A stretch of DNA of 16,794 bases from Candidatus Omnitrophota bacterium (GTDB lineage: Bacteria; Omnitrophota; Omnitrophia; Omnitrophales; Aquincolibacteriaceae), in contig JAZDJU010000039.1 of the NCBI GenBank assembly GCA_043803685.1, positions 1 to 16,794 on the forward strand, given 5' to 3'. Made by a program: the position numbers and the translations under genes. The notes beneath the pieces are model-generated. The model did no database searches and was not told the DNA's origin. It saw only the letters and a list, made by a program, of their open reading frames with translations. Below, in pieces: positions 15,929 to 16,794 of the stretch. The first letter of the stretch is position 1, and each line of letters opens with the position of its first letter.

Positions 15929-16345
15929 TTACCGTCCGAAACGCGCAAGTGTCCTGGCAAACGACTCCAGTTCGTTCACCAGATACCCCGACTCCCTGAG
16001 CGTATCCCGGGTATTTTTCGGACTGTAGGCTTCCGGAATAACCGCAGGCCGGTAAACACGACCCGAAACTTGACCGACAACTGCCTGTCTCACGTTCACA
16101 TTGCCCCGCGAGAACGACGGCACGGCCGCTTCGGACTGCTTCACAACCACTGGCTTTACCAAAGAAGCTTTCAGATACCCTGCGCCCTGATTCAGAAAAG
16201 AAAGAGTGGTGAACGCAAGAAAAAGCATCACGCCAAGACTCAATCCCTTTCTGATCCAGCACGCAAACTCAAAAAACATTCCCTTCAAAACACTACCAAA
16301 CGACTTCCCACAACCGCGAGGCTCACTCGTGTCAATCAGCTTCAT
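15929..16345 (-). CDS. Hypothetical single-pass membrane protein (138 aa)
   Basis: GGAG RBS, one hydrophobic segment (LSLGVMLFLAFTTLSFL), first gene after repeat copy 2. Confidence 0.7.
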   Translation of the reverse strand: MKLIDTSEPRGCGKSFGSVLKGMFFEFACWIRKGLSLGVMLFLAFTTLSFLNQGAGYLKASLVKPVVVKQSEAAVPSFSRGNVNVRQAVVGQVSGRVYRPAVIPEAYSPKNTRDTLRESGYLVNELESFARTLARFGR

Positions 16346-16417
16346 GTTTTTATCTCCAGTCTAGTTTCTTGGAATCGTCCCAGGTTGATTGGCTGGGCTT
16401 GTTACTTCAATATTCTT

Positions 16418-16495
16418 CTATAGTATTGGGCAAAAACAGGGGGGTCTGTTCATCACTTTTCCACATTTCCCCATAGTAAAATATTTTTCTAGTCC
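16418..16495 (-). repeat. 78-bp direct repeat copy 2; putative regulated promoter of the relaxase/T4CP operon
   Basis: 71/78 identity with 3125-3202, same orientation, 72 nt upstream of the ATG at 16345. Confidence 0.9.
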
Positions 16496-16510
16496 AAAAA
16501 AAACACGCTA

Positions 16511-16689
16511 TAAACACAAATCCAGGTCTTTCCCGACCCGGAACACACCCTCCAAAAACAACACTTCAAAATAATCCAAATAACCAATATCCACACCATG
16601 CAACCGTAAACCCAAATCCAAGCCATTCCTGACCAAGAACACAAATTCCAAAGACAACACTTCAAACTTCAAAAACAACACTTCAAAAT
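16511..16689. repeat. Iteron-like direct repeats in a G-poor tract (candidate oriT/origin region)
   Basis: caaaaacaacacttcaaaat exact at 16553-16572 and 16670-16689, variant at 16649-16668; ~60-bp degenerate repeat starting at 16511 and 16607. Confidence 0.75.
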
Positions 16690-16794
16690 CAATCAAAACA
16701 ACTGCTACCTACCCCTTTCAACCGCAAACCCAAGTCCTTCCCGAACCCTTGCCTCCCGACCACCGTCTCGAAACTTCCCTAAGAAGAGAGACGG

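Larger units (their letters stand above)
1..16794 (-). mobile_element. Internal segment of a conjugative element (ICE or plasmid) with MOBC-like relaxase, T4CP and VirB2/B3/B4
   Basis: Relaxase, coupling protein, VirB4 and pilin in one co-oriented block; no element boundary or integrase inside the window. Confidence 0.88.

Noticed and set aside
15834..16262. 143-aa N-terminal extension of the relaxase ORF
   Set aside because: TTG start with no RBS, overlaps the 138-aa gene in another frame, atypical Cys/Ser/Gly composition.
16511..16689. Possible CRISPR array
   Set aside because: Repeats are non-palindromic, irregularly spaced (96 and 21 bp), intervening sequences resemble each other, and no cas genes are present.
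16508..16696. 62-aa minus-strand ORF with FEVLF repeats
   Set aside because: Likely a by-product of the DNA repeats and G/T skew; no convincing RBS or start, though not fully excluded.

Overview
The window is part of a conjugative element (ICE or plasmid; no integrase or rep gene is visible) with every credible gene on the minus strand. Read right to left: a G-poor direct-repeat/hairpin tract that may be the oriT (16496-16794); a membrane-protein gene, a MOBC/Replic_Relax-type relaxase and a VirD4/TraD-type coupling protein; a ~8.5 kb cargo block (tandem-PC4 ssDNA-binding protein, RadC/JAB, several small ORFs, two Cys-rich paralogues, a MoxR-type AAA+ ATPase and an HExxH-peptidase/VWA partner); a near-consensus sigma70 promoter followed by a ~500-nt highly structured leader; a regulator with two sigma70 region-4 HTHs; then pilin (VirB2-like), VirB3/TraL-like and VirB4/TraC, the last running off the left edge and missing from the ORF track. 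The most interesting signal is non-coding. A 78-bp element (71/78 identical) is duplicated ahead of both transfer operons, a multi-stem candidate RNA with a pseudoknot precedes the regulator, and terminator-like hairpins sit immediately upstream of cargo-gene RBSs with no room for promoters. Together these suggest an uncharacterised attenuation/antitermination control circuit. Family assignments come from motif recognition by eye, not database searches.
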